From: a virus
Lineage: Duplodnaviria; Caudoviricetes
Reading direction: 5' to 3' (one strand)
IMG/VR virus record: IMGVR_UViG_2775507102_000001
Location: 274 to 64,273 of that record
Length of the DNA: 64,000 bases
Shown here: positions 34,507 through 43,062 of the stretch, piece by piece
Position numbering within the stretch: position 1 is the stretch's first letter
Layout: each line of letters opens with the position of its first letter
The notes under the pieces: generated by a model
What the model was told of the DNA's origin: nothing
The model's database searches: none
The model's input: the letters and a program-made list of their open reading frames with translations, nothing else
Translations under genes and position numbers: made by a program

Positions 34507-36609
34507 TCACAGGCCGATGTCGTAGCGGTCGAGGACCGCCCGGCGCACCGCGGTGAGCGGGTAGACGGACACCTTGCTGCCGCTGACTTCCTGCCGCCGC
34601 TTCTCCTCGTCGGTGCGCGGCACGAGCACGGCCAGCCGGTCGGCAGTCACCGGATGGCCGGCTGCGGCAAGCCCTTCGGTGACCCGGGCAGTGGGCAGCA
34701 TCTCGACGCCTTCCGGGTACAGGCCGAACAGGGTGGCGAGGATCTCGCCGTCCTCACCTGCGGCGCGCAGCCGGTCAAGCGGGCCCAGCGGCAGCGTCCC
34801 GGCCTCCTGTCGCAGCGAGTAGGCGCGGCCCAGGATTGCGGCGACCTCGTCGTCGTCGTAGTAGTCGCCGCGGACCAGCTCCGGCTCGGCGCCTTCGCCG
34901 TCCATGTAGATGCCCACGCCGCGCTGCGACTTGAGGATGTCCTGGGCGTTGTGCCCGGCGGAGGCGTAGCCCTGTCCGAGGATCGTGTCGGAGGCCTGCG
35001 GGGTGAGGCAGCGCATCGCCCAGCGGATGGAGAGGATGTCGCGGATCCCGGTGGGTACGGAATCGCTGTCGGGCTTCTGTGTGGCGGCGAGGCTGATGAT
35101 GCCGAGCGCCCGGCCCTGCTGGACGATCAGCCGCAGCAGCCGTTCCATCTCCTGCCGTGTCTTCTGGTCGGCGGCGGCACCGTAGGACGACCACTCGTCG
35201 ACGAGGAGAACGGCCAAGCAGACCCGCGGGTCGACGGCGGCCATCGCCTCGGTCAGCTTGCGGGAGCCGTGCTCCTTGGCGAGCGCCCGCCGCTCCTTGA
35301 TCTCGACGTCCCACATGTACTGCAGGATGTCGAGGAGCTTGTCGGGGTCGCCGTCGGTGTCGTACATGGTGGCGATCGGCTCGAACGGGGTGATGTCGGC
35401 GCCGGCCTTGCCGTCGGCGAGGTACATGCGCACGGTCGGGTCGAGCGCGGCGGCGAGCAGCAGGTCGTTGGCTGCGGCGGACTTGCCGGAGCCGGGCTCG
35501 CCACCGAAGAGTCCGGACCGCTCGACCCACGAGGTGATGACTTCCTCGCCGCGCAGGTTGACGCCCATCCGGATGGGCTGCCACAGGTTGACCCGCTCGG
35601 CGTCGAGCAGCGGGCCCCGGGTCGGCTTGGTGGAGAACGGCAGCTTCAGCGACACCCGCAGGTGGATGGTGTCTTCGCGGTCGCCGCGGGTCTGGTGGAC
35701 CTGCTGCACGGACACGCCGAAGCCGTTGGCGATGCCCTCGCGCGCTCCGAGCGCCTTCTTAGCGGGGGTGCCAGACGGCAGCTGGAACACGACCTGCCAG
35801 GCCTTGCCGTCGGCGGTGAGCGTGCAGGGGGTGCTGAGGCGCAGGGTGTCGTCGGCGGCGATGACGCGGGCGTCGCGGTACACCCGGTTGACCATGTCGT
35901 CGGTCATCCGGTCCCCGTCGCCGATCTTCGCGTCGCGGTCGGTGTACAGCTCCCCCGCCGTGGTGCGCCGCCCGATCAGGGCGAACGTGGCCAGGGTTGC
36001 GGCCGTGGCGGCGAGCCCGCCGGGGGTGCCGAGCAGTTGCAGGCTCGCTCCTTCAACTCCGGCGATCGGAGTGAGGGCAGCAACGCCCCGCACGGCCCGC
36101 CGCATGCGGGCGTCCCGCTGCGCCGACCGGTACTTGCTCATCGCCGACGCCGAGTCGGCGAACGCGCCCTCCATCTCCCGGCGCCGCTTCTCCTTCTCCT
36201 TGCCGGGCATCAGCCGCCGGTCGTGCGCCCACTTCGCAGCCTTGTAATCGCGCTGCGTCTGCTGCACCTCGTACCGGGCGGCGAGGACCTGCGCGCCCTC
36301 GGTGCCCTGCACCCACAGGACGGTGCGGCGGATCCCGCGACCGATCTGCGAGGCGTGCCCGTGCTCTGTGGCCTGCCGACGCAGCCACTTGCGGAAGCCG
36401 CGGACGGTGTTGACGCGGCCGACCTCGGCGCGGCTCTTCCACCCGGTGCGGGTCTTCGTCCAGGCGGGGGTGAGGGGGGTGTCGCCCATCAGGTCGACGG
36501 ACGTCGTCTGCTTCTCGACGGGCGCCTCGCCGGGGGCGTTCAGGTAGCCGCCGACGATGCGCTCCCACTCCGGGTCGGGGGTGCTGCTGGGGGTCGTCTC
36601 GATGCTCAC
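34507..36609 (-). CDS. traB: TraB-like FtsK/SpoIIIE conjugative DNA translocase
   Basis: 700 aa; N-terminal TM region, Walker A GEPGSGKS, Walker B LLVDEW, GRALGI...ATQKP, C-terminal wHTH-sized domain. Confidence 0.88.
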   Translation of the reverse strand: MSIETTPSSTPDPEWERIVGGYLNAPGEAPVEKQTTSVDLMGDTPLTPAWTKTRTGWKSRAEVGRVNTVRGFRKWLRRQATEHGHASQIGRGIRRTVLWVQGTEGAQVLAARYEVQQTQRDYKAAKWAHDRRLMPGKEKEKRRREMEGAFADSASAMSKYRSAQRDARMRRAVRGVAALTPIAGVEGASLQLLGTPGGLAATAATLATFALIGRRTTAGELYTDRDAKIGDGDRMTDDMVNRVYRDARVIAADDTLRLSTPCTLTADGKAWQVVFQLPSGTPAKKALGAREGIANGFGVSVQQVHQTRGDREDTIHLRVSLKLPFSTKPTRGPLLDAERVNLWQPIRMGVNLRGEEVITSWVERSGLFGGEPGSGKSAAANDLLLAAALDPTVRMYLADGKAGADITPFEPIATMYDTDGDPDKLLDILQYMWDVEIKERRALAKEHGSRKLTEAMAAVDPRVCLAVLLVDEWSSYGAAADQKTRQEMERLLRLIVQQGRALGIISLAATQKPDSDSVPTGIRDILSIRWAMRCLTPQASDTILGQGYASAGHNAQDILKSQRGVGIYMDGEGAEPELVRGDYYDDDEVAAILGRAYSLRQEAGTLPLGPLDRLRAAGEDGEILATLFGLYPEGVEMLPTARVTEGLAAAGHPVTADRLAVLVPRTDEEKRRQEVSGSKVSVYPLTAVRRAVLDRYDIGL

Positions 36610-37850
36610 TGCGACTCCTTCTTCGCGGCGGTCTGCTTGGCGGTGATGGCGGCCTGACGACGGGCGGCGGGGGCGTACTTCACGTCACCCTTGGTGCGCT
36701 TTCCGCGGCGGGCGGGAGGGTTGTAGACGCGGGGCTTCTTCGCGCCGGGCACTTGCGATGCGACCTGCTGCGATGATCCGTTCACGGAGCGCTTCTGCCG
36801 GGCGGCTTCGACCCTCGCTTCGGCGGCGTTGCGCAGTCGGATAATCTCCGCGGACTCCGACGGGTCGGCACCCTCCACGTCTCGGTGCGCGCGCTTCCAG
36901 ACCGCCTCGGTGACGGTCGTCTCGCCGAGCGCTGCGGCGAGCCGCAGTGCGTGCTGCCACACCTTCGGGAACTCCTTGGCGCGGGCCTGCGCGAGCTTCT
37001 CCGCGGCCTCGGCCGCGGCACGCTCGGCGGCCTCCTTGTCGGCAGCCCGTCGCTTCTCCTCCGCGGCCTGGCGGGCGGCCTCGGCTCGCTCGGCTTTCGC
37101 CTGGGCCTTGCGCTGCTTGCGGGTGAGCGCGCCGTCGCGCTTGCGGATCTGCCCGTGCTCGTGGAGGTCATACACGCCGGGACCGGCGATGGACGCGAAC
37201 GCGGTGCCGATCGCGGTGGCCGGGTCGAAGGCGTGCAGCCCGTGCCACAGGTTGATCGCTGCCGCGATGAAGGCCAGCACCCAAGCGATTAGCCGGTAGT
37301 GCCAGTGCGGGCGACGGTCGACTGCCGCAGCCCGGGCGCCCTTGAGGACGACCCACGCACCGCCTTCGAGCATGATCGGCGCGGCCATCAGCCACAGGGC
37401 GTTCGGGTTGTAGAACGCGGCAATCTGCACGGGCAGAGCGACGATTGAGCAGACGGCGTAGAAGCGCAGCGCGTACTGGCGCCACTGCTCCTCGGCGGCA
37501 GCGACCTCTGCGGCCTTCGCGGCTTCGGCCTTCTCCTCGGCGGCAGCCTTCTCCTCGGCCTCCCGGGCGGCGCGCTCCTCCTCGTCGCGCTCCCGGTTGA
37601 GCTTGGCGATGCGGGCCGCGCGGGCGGCCTGCTCCTCAAGGGCCCGGGCCTCGGCCTTGTCGTTGGCGATCCTCTGCTTGCGGGCTTCCTCAGCGGCCTT
37701 GATCTTCTCGGCCTCAGCCTCACCTTCGGCCTTGATGCGGGCGGCTTCTGCTTCGGCGGCGGCGCGGGTCCGGATCGCCTCCGCCTCGGCCAGCGCGACC
37801 GGGTCAAAGCGGTCCTGGCCGTTGACCATTTCGAACGACGTGGCGGTCAC
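36606..37850 (-). CDS. Coiled-coil multi-TM transfer/spread protein (SpdB2/DUF2637-like)
   Basis: 414 aa; Ala/Glu coiled coil, about 4 TM segments, second coiled coil; stop overlaps traB start. Confidence 0.75.
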   Translation of the reverse strand: MTATSFEMVNGQDRFDPVALAEAEAIRTRAAAEAEAARIKAEGEAEAEKIKAAEEARKQRIANDKAEARALEEQAARAARIAKLNRERDEEERAAREAEEKAAAEEKAEAAKAAEVAAAEEQWRQYALRFYAVCSIVALPVQIAAFYNPNALWLMAAPIMLEGGAWVVLKGARAAAVDRRPHWHYRLIAWVLAFIAAAINLWHGLHAFDPATAIGTAFASIAGPGVYDLHEHGQIRKRDGALTRKQRKAQAKAERAEAARQAAEEKRRAADKEAAERAAAEAAEKLAQARAKEFPKVWQHALRLAAALGETTVTEAVWKRAHRDVEGADPSESAEIIRLRNAAEARVEAARQKRSVNGSSQQVASQVPGAKKPRVYNPPARRGKRTKGDVKYAPAARRQAAITAKQTAAKKESQ

Positions 37851-37871
37851 GGGTATCAGTCCCTTCGGATC

Positions 37872-38078
37872 TCAGGCGGTGGCGGTCTTGACGGGGGCGG
37901 GCCGGTGCTTCAGCCAGGCGGCGACGGCGGCGAGCAACAGCACCGGCCCGGGGATCGCGGCGAGGACGACGTTCGCGCCGGTAGCGGCCCAGTCGATCGG
38001 GGCGGCAGCCGGCGGCCACAAGCCGACGACGATCAGGAACGCTGCGAGCAGCAGCCAGACGAAGACACGACGGAACAT
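37872..38078 (-). CDS. Small two-TM protein, Spd-like
   Basis: 68 aa hydrophobic. Confidence 0.7.
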   Translation of the reverse strand: MFRRVFVWLLLAAFLIVVGLWPPAAAPIDWAATGANVVLAAIPGPVLLLAAVAAWLKHRPAPVKTATA

Positions 38079-38132
38079 GACGACCTCTTTGGTCGGAACG
38101 GACGGGGAGGGTGACGCTGCGCCAGTTCTCCA

Positions 38133-38428
38133 GGGCCCACGTGCGAGACGCGGGCCGCGGGCAGCCGGTCAGCTGAGGCGCTCGACCTTGACGTCGAGGT
38201 CGCGCGGGTCGGTCTTCGCGGCCTTCACGCGGCGGTCGAGGTCCGCCTGGCTGTAGACGGTCACCGAGTCGGTGGAACCGCCCAGCGGGTTGACCTTCTG
38301 GCCGGTGCGGCTGGTCGCGGTGAGCTTGAACTTCGGCACGGAGTCGTCCTCTCGGGTAGATGGCGGAACGCTGAGCGGTTCCCCTCGACCGGGCCCGTGC
38401 GAGACGGGCCCGGCGGGCAGCCGGTCAG
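38133..38428 (-). repeat. Two copies of a post-stop stem-loop element flanking a 56-aa ORF
   Basis: Identical GCGGGCAGCCGGTCAG (38157-38172, 38413-38428) and GTGCGAGACG (38141-38150, 38397-38406). Confidence 0.75.
38169..38339 (-). CDS. Small hypothetical protein (56 aa, not in ORF track)
   Basis: MPKFKLTATSRTGQKVNPLGGSTDSVTVYSQADLDRRVKAAKTDPRDLDVKVERLS; GAGGA RBS. Confidence 0.7.
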   Translation of the reverse strand: MPKFKLTATSRTGQKVNPLGGSTDSVTVYSQADLDRRVKAAKTDPRDLDVKVERLS

Positions 38429-38598
38429 TCCTCGTACAGGGCTCGGGCTCGCCGCCAGATCGGCTGCTCGCGCAACTTGCGGTCGAGTTCGGCGTTGACG
38501 GCCTGGGCTTCCTGCGAGTCGCAGCCGTTCTTGCCGTCGGGGTCCGGTCGGGCGGCCATCAGCCGCTTGATCTCGGCACGGTCCTGCTTCCAGCCCAT
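38425..38598 (-). CDS. Small hypothetical protein (57 aa, not in ORF track)
   Basis: MGWKQDRAEIKRLMAARPDPDGKNGCDSQEAQAVNAELDRKLREQPIWRRARALYED; AGGAG RBS. Confidence 0.7.
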   Translation of the reverse strand: MGWKQDRAEIKRLMAARPDPDGKNGCDSQEAQAVNAELDRKLREQPIWRRARALYED

Positions 38599-38676
38599 GA
38601 CGGGCTCCTCTCGGGTTGAGTCGGTCGGGGTGCCGGGCGCGGCAAGGGGATGGACCGCGCCCGGCGGATCAGGGGG

Positions 38677-38859
38677 TCAGCGGCAGCCGTTCTTGGCGTG
38701 GTCCTCGCACGGCGGGCACGGCTCGTTGTCCTTGCCGAGGCCGAGCCAGTTGCCCTTGTGCAGCTCCGCGTGCTCCTCGCACTGCGCGCAGCGGCCCTCA
38801 GGCACGAGGACTCCCCTCGGGTAGGCCGGCCGCCCGGCAGATGTCAGCCGGGGACGCAC
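38677..38859 (-). CDS. Small Cys/His Zn-binding protein (pRL2-8-like plasmid family); start uncertain
   Basis: CAQCEEHA...CPPCEDHAKNGC. Confidence 0.6.
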   Translation of the reverse strand: MRPRLTSAGRPAYPRGVLVPEGRCAQCEEHAELHKGNWLGLGKDNEPCPPCEDHAKNGCR

Positions 38860-39004
38860 CCGCCTGCTGCGCCTCGACAGCGAGCTTCAGCGCCCGGCCA
38901 GCGGCCAGATGGGTCACCTCGTGCGTCTCGCCGAATACGCTCGCCGCCCGGTAGGTGTCGACAGTCGCCTCACCCGCAGCCCGGGCCAGCTCCTCGCCGG
39001 CCAT
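38798..39004 (-). CDS. Hypothetical protein
   Basis: 68 aa, coupled to upstream stop. Confidence 0.55.
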   Translation of the reverse strand: MAGEELARAAGEATVDTYRAASVFGETHEVTHLAAGRALKLAVEAQQAGASPADICRAAGLPEGSPRA

Positions 39005-39249
39005 CAGGCGGCAGCCGGGTAGTTGTCGAAGCCGTCCAACTCGGCCAGCAGCTCTGGGTCGATGGCGTAGGCGTGGTCGCGGATCAGGCTCATCTGGTCG
39101 AAGCGGCCGGCCGCCCGGGCGTCAGCGAACTCGACGATCAGGGACGCGGCGTGGTCGGCCATGGCATCGGCGACCGTGATCGTCTTACGGCGGAGGGCGC
39201 CCAGGTCGGTCGTGGCGGCAAGGTCGGCGTCGGACAGGTACGGAGACAT
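39004..39249 (-). CDS. Hypothetical protein
   Basis: 81 aa, AAAGGG RBS. Confidence 0.7.
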   Translation of the reverse strand: MSPYLSDADLAATTDLGALRRKTITVADAMADHAASLIVEFADARAAGRFDQMSLIRDHAYAIDPELLAELDGFDNYPAAA

Positions 39250-39347
39250 GGCGGAATAGCCCTTTCGGGTGCAGGTATGGGTGGGGTGGGAAGCCGCGGT
39301 GGCGGGACGGGGGCGAACACCGCCACCGCGGCGGTATGGGGTGGGCG

Positions 39348-39563
39348 TCAGCCCTGAGGGTGCCGCGCCTCTTCCTCGCGCAGCTTCCGGCGCAGGTAGT
39401 CGGCGTTCCAGGCGAGACGACCCCGGTCCTCGGCAAGCGCCTCACGGGCGACGACGCGGGCGAGGCTGGCACGGCGAAGGATCCGCTGGTCGTAGTCGTC
39501 GCTGCCGTGAGGCAGCGTCAAGGCCTCCACGACCGCCTCCAGCAGGTCCCGCTCGGCGGTCAC
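39348..39563 (-). CDS. Hypothetical protein
   Basis: 71 aa, overlapping start/stop. Confidence 0.7.
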   Translation of the reverse strand: MTAERDLLEAVVEALTLPHGSDDYDQRILRRASLARVVAREALAEDRGRLAWNADYLRRKLREEEARHPQG

Positions 39564-39730
39564 GACCTCTCACCGCGCTCCGCCACGACAATGAACCGGT
39601 CGTTCTTCGGGTCCATGCGGACCGTGGCCGGAGTACCCGACCGGGTCAGCTCAGCCGCACGCTCCTCCGCCGGCCACGAGCCACGCGGGTGACCCGCCGG
39701 GAAGTGGTCGAGAACCTCACGGGCGCTCAC
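39560..39730 (-). CDS. Small hypothetical protein of plasmid/AICE-type transfer regions
   Basis: MSAREVLDHFPAGHPRGSWPAEERAAELTRSG...; 56 aa. Confidence 0.7.
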   Translation of the reverse strand: MSAREVLDHFPAGHPRGSWPAEERAAELTRSGTPATVRMDPKNDRFIVVAERGERS

Positions 39731-40230
39731 CGGGACACCTTCTCGATGGCAGCGCGACGCATGTCCAGGCCCGGCTGGCCGAGCAGAGTGGTGACCCGGC
39801 CATGCAGCGAAGCGATGTGGTACATCCACTCAAGCGCGTCCGCCCGATCGACCGCGTCCACCATGGCGAGGGCCCGGCCCGTACCGTCGAGGCTCGTCAC
39901 AACCAACAGCACGTCGCCGTCAGGGGAGACCTCCGACACGAAGTCGACGATGACCTCGATGTGGGCGAAGTGCCCCATGCGGTCGGCAAGCATCTCGCCG
40001 CCGGCCGTGGGGATGAGGCCGTTCGCGCCGACGTTGCGCAGGTACCTCTCGCGGGAGCTCCACGAGATGTGCGTGGCTGCCTCGTGAGCGAGGCGATCAG
40101 CGAGCGACAGGTTGCGGTCAGTCATCGCACGCTCGTAACCGTGCAGCGCCACAGCGGCGGCCGGCGGAAGCGGGGCGGTGCCCGCGTGGTCGGTGCGCTC
40201 GTGCGCACCGGTCTCGACTGCTGTGCTCAT
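39727..40230 (-). CDS. Hypothetical protein
   Basis: 167 aa, coupled both ends. Confidence 0.65.
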   Translation of the reverse strand: MSTAVETGAHERTDHAGTAPLPPAAAVALHGYERAMTDRNLSLADRLAHEAATHISWSSRERYLRNVGANGLIPTAGGEMLADRMGHFAHIEVIVDFVSEVSPDGDVLLVVTSLDGTGRALAMVDAVDRADALEWMYHIASLHGRVTTLLGQPGLDMRRAAIEKVSR

Positions 40231-40916
40231 CAGCGTGCCTTCTTCCTGGCTTCGTGGCGACTTTGAGAGGCGGCCCGGCAGGCACGGCAGTGCTTGTAGC
40301 CCTTCGGGTCTGTGTAGGTGTTCTGGGAGTCGAGGACATGACCCTTGGCGCAGACCTCCGAGCCACGACGGCGACGCGGCGCGGGTGGGCTGGAGAGGGC
40401 AATGGGCGCCTCGTTGAGAGGCGTGTTGGTGGCAGTTGCGTACCGCTGACGTGCCGACGTGATGGCGCAGGTACGGCAGCGGCGGCCACCGTCTTCGCGC
40501 ACTTCAAGGTTGTCGCCAGAGAGCGGGTGACCCCGCTTGCAGTGGGTCTTGTCCGCGTTGACCGCAGCAGGCGCAATCGGCGAGCGCATGATGTTCTCGT
40601 GGCAGGTGACGGCCTGAAGGTGCTGCGGGTTGCAGCACTCACGAACCCGGCACAGGTGGTCGAGGTGTGCGCCCTGAGGGATCTCGCCAATGAAGATCAT
40701 GTACATGATGCGGTGGGCGTACATGGCCTTCTGGTTGAGGTCAAAGGCTCCATAGCCAGCCTTGAACCGTCGGCCGGTCCAGATCCAGCAGCCGCTCTCG
40801 CTCTGCGTGACACGGGGCCAGAGCCTGTCGAGCTCCGGCTGGGTGAGCTGGCGGCTCAGGCCAGACGGCAACGTGACCGGCTTCAAGCTGTGGAGGTCGG
40901 GCTTTGCGGTCTTCAC
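40230..40916 (-). CDS. HNH homing-endonuclease-like protein with two C-terminal Cys/His modules
   Basis: GCWIWTG...GYG...AHR...LDHLCRVRECCNPQHL; THCKRGH..RRCRTC and VCAKGH..KHCRAC. Confidence 0.88.
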   Translation of the reverse strand: MKTAKPDLHSLKPVTLPSGLSRQLTQPELDRLWPRVTQSESGCWIWTGRRFKAGYGAFDLNQKAMYAHRIMYMIFIGEIPQGAHLDHLCRVRECCNPQHLQAVTCHENIMRSPIAPAAVNADKTHCKRGHPLSGDNLEVREDGGRRCRTCAITSARQRYATATNTPLNEAPIALSSPPAPRRRRGSEVCAKGHVLDSQNTYTDPKGYKHCRACRAASQSRHEARKKAR

Positions 40917-41138
40917 CTAGGCCACCTCACCCGGGACCTGCGCGGTGCGCAGGAACTCGGAAAGCGTGGATTCGGCGATTCGGAAGCGGGGGCGCCCGAC
41001 TCCCTTGGCGATGTTGATCGCGGACAGCCGTCCTGAGGTGATGAGGCTGCGCACATGCTGGGGCGTACTGCCGATGCGCTTCGCCACCTGTCCGGTGGTC
41101 AGGTAGTCGCCCGTGGGGGCGACAGATGCAGACGTCAC
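40917..41138 (-). CDS. Excisionase-like HTH DNA-binding protein
   Basis: GTG 41138 with GGGGAG RBS; YLTTGQVAKRIGSTPQHVRSLITSGRL. Confidence 0.8.
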   Translation of the reverse strand: MTSASVAPTGDYLTTGQVAKRIGSTPQHVRSLITSGRLSAINIAKGVGRPRFRIAESTLSEFLRTAQVPGEVA

Positions 41139-41189
41139 TAGGTGCTCCCCTGCGGTCGACTGGGGTGGACACCTAGATAGAAGCAGATC

Positions 41190-41217
41190 GCTCCAGAGCA
41201 ATCAATAGCTCTAGAGC
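41190..41217. promoter_or_regulatory. Palindromic operator(s) upstream of transfer operon
   Basis: GCTCTAGAGC (41208-41217) and 1-mismatch GCTCCAGAGC (41190-41199). Confidence 0.65.
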
Positions 41218-41240
41218 AGATGGAGCACATCTAAGACAAC

Positions 41241-41269
41241 AAAAAAGCCCCCACCCGATGGGTGGGGGC
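41241..41269 (-). terminator. Intrinsic terminator of GntR gene
   Basis: 10-bp stem GCCCCCACCC / GGGTGGGGGC followed by T6 on minus strand. Confidence 0.85.
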
Positions 41270-41284
41270 CGACGAAGTGGCAGG

Positions 41285-42040
41285 TCAGGCGGGGAAGTCG
41301 TACACCAGTAGGAACCTGGAAGCGTCCAGAATCATTCGGTTGATCTCGACGACACGACCATCTGCACGCATCGCAGAGCGGTGCTGCTCTACAACGGGCG
41401 CGCCGGCCGCCAGGTGCAGGTCATCCACTTCCGCCGGGGTAGCCAGTCGACACCGCAGCTGCTCACGGAACTGCACCGGCCCGTGCCCCGCTTCGCGGAG
41501 TCGCGCATAGGTTCCACCCGGGCCGGAGTCGATCTGTGTGATGCGCGTGCCGCGCGCGAGGTCGTCCGGGATGTACGAGGTCGCGCGCATGACGACTTCC
41601 CCTTCGACGACGTAGCGCCGATTCCGCCGCCACACCGGCTCGCCCTCTTCCAGATCGAGGGCGCGGGCCACTTCCGCCGGGGCGTCGATCAGTTCAATCT
41701 GCACGTCACGTGCCTCAAGCTGACGGTCATCGATGTCGACGTCCCACATCGATCGCCCTTCGCCCCACTGAGCGGTCGAGAGCCGCTTGAGGGCGTTACG
41801 AACGATGGGCCGCCATTCGGCGACGTACCAGCCGGAGCCGACGCGCGACTCGATCAGGCCCTCGTCGCGCAGCACGCCAAGGGCCTGGCGAACGGTCATC
41901 TGCGAGACGTCGTAGAGCGCGCGCAGATCCCGCTCGGAGGGCAACTTTCGCTTCTCGCCGAACTCGCCGGCATTGATCCGCCTACGCAGGTCGTCGGCGA
42001 TCTCCCGGTACTTGTGCGGCTCGCCGGGCTTGCGTGGCAC
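41285..42040 (-). CDS. GntR-family repressor with UTRA domain (KorSA/TraR-like)
   Basis: 251 aa; YREIADDLRRRI..G.....KLPSERDL...VSQMTVRQAL..L..EGLI; C-terminal UTRA-like fold. Confidence 0.9.
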   Translation of the reverse strand: MPRKPGEPHKYREIADDLRRRINAGEFGEKRKLPSERDLRALYDVSQMTVRQALGVLRDEGLIESRVGSGWYVAEWRPIVRNALKRLSTAQWGEGRSMWDVDIDDRQLEARDVQIELIDAPAEVARALDLEEGEPVWRRNRRYVVEGEVVMRATSYIPDDLARGTRITQIDSGPGGTYARLREAGHGPVQFREQLRCRLATPAEVDDLHLAAGAPVVEQHRSAMRADGRVVEINRMILDASRFLLVYDFPA

Positions 42041-42062
42041 AGGCTCTCCTTAGGGACGGATT

Positions 42063-42164
42063 CATCTAGAGCAACGCTACCTGCTCTACATCAGCGCTGG
42101 TCAATGCGCACCTTTGGCAGATCCCGGCGAGAGACTGGCGCCAATTGCTCTAGAGCGCTACGTT
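42063..42164. promoter_or_regulatory. Divergent promoter region with the same operator
   Basis: GCTCTAGAGC (42147-42156), TCTAGAGC (42065-42072); -10-like TAGCGT (-, 42079-42074) and TACGTT (+, 42159-42164). Confidence 0.6.
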
Positions 42165-42316
42165 GGCGTAGCCGCGTTGTGACAGTGCGCACACCGCAGC
42201 GGGGCCTCGCACGCCCACACACGAAAACGGCCGGACGGTCGCCACCGTCCGGCCGAAGAAACGGCGGGTCGCCACCCGCCGACAGCAACTCAATCCTGCT
42301 GAGATGGAGTCTGCCC

Positions 42317-42592
42317 ATGACTGTAGCGCCTGCTATCGCCACCGACCACCTGCTCGACACCCCGCTCCCCCAGCTCCTCGCCGAGCTGGACGTGGACCTG
42401 GTCGACTCCAGCATCACCGACCGGGGCTTCTTCGGCGCCTTGGTGGAGCGCCGTGACGGCTCGCGGGTCCTGTCGATGCCGCCCGGCCGGAGCGCCTTCG
42501 AGCGGGACACCGCGGCCCGGATGCTCCTCGCGGAGGGGCTGGACCTGGACTCCCCGCCGGTGCCGGCGCCGCTGGCGGTGTCGCGCGTCTGA
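42317..42592 (+). CDS. Hypothetical protein divergent from GntR (91 aa)
   Basis: MTVAPAIATDHLLDTPLPQLLAEL...GFFGALVE; ATGGAG RBS. Confidence 0.75.
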   Translation: MTVAPAIATDHLLDTPLPQLLAELDVDLVDSSITDRGFFGALVERRDGSRVLSMPPGRSAFERDTAARMLLAEGLDLDSPPVPAPLAVSRV

Positions 42593-42602
42593 AGCATGAT
42601 TC

Positions 42603-42638
42603 AAAGCCCCCGCCCGGATCACTCCGGGCGGGGCTTTC
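42603..42638. terminator. Bidirectional-type terminator
   Basis: AAAGCCCC(C)GCCCGGA-TCAC-TCCGGGCGGGGCTTT. Confidence 0.7.
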
Positions 42639-42684
42639 TGCGTTCGCCTGTCGTCGTTCTTGCCGTCGGTCCAGACTGCCGTCC

Positions 42685-43062
42685 ATGGATCTTTCGAAGG
42701 GGGCGATGTCTCCAGAGCCTCGGGTGTTCAAGGGCTGGCAGGCGTCGGCGTTGCTGTTTGCGGATCGGGTCGAGTTCAAGAGGATCTGGGTGGCGCGGCT
42801 GGGTGGCAACCGCAGCGGCAGCGTCCAGTTGTCAGACGTGCTGAAGATCCACAGTGTGCCGCCGACGAGGCTGGTGAATGGGCACGTGCATCTGATGACG
42901 GCCGAGGATCCGGGTGCGCTCCGCAACTTAACGACGGCGACGCAACAGCAGCCGGCAGGGAATCCGAGGACGATTCTCTTCTCCTGGAACCAGCGGGATG
43001 CGTACACGAAATTCCTGGCCGCTGTGGAGGCGGCGTGGCGAGAGCAGGGCCCGCAGCTGTAG
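42685..43062 (+). CDS. DUF4429-like (PH-fold-like) protein containing a TTA codon
   Basis: 125 aa; in-frame TTA at 42928-42930. Confidence 0.7.
   Translation: MDLSKGAMSPEPRVFKGWQASALLFADRVEFKRIWVARLGGNRSGSVQLSDVLKIHSVPPTRLVNGHVHLMTAEDPGALRNLTTATQQQPAGNPRTILFSWNQRDAYTKFLAAVEAAWREQGPQL

Noticed and set aside
33685-36657. 990-aa plus-strand ORF and many other long antisense ORFs (e.g. 10636-12465, 30992-32641, 52186-54579)
   Set aside because: Shadow frames of high-GC coding genes on the opposite strand; no motifs, biased composition
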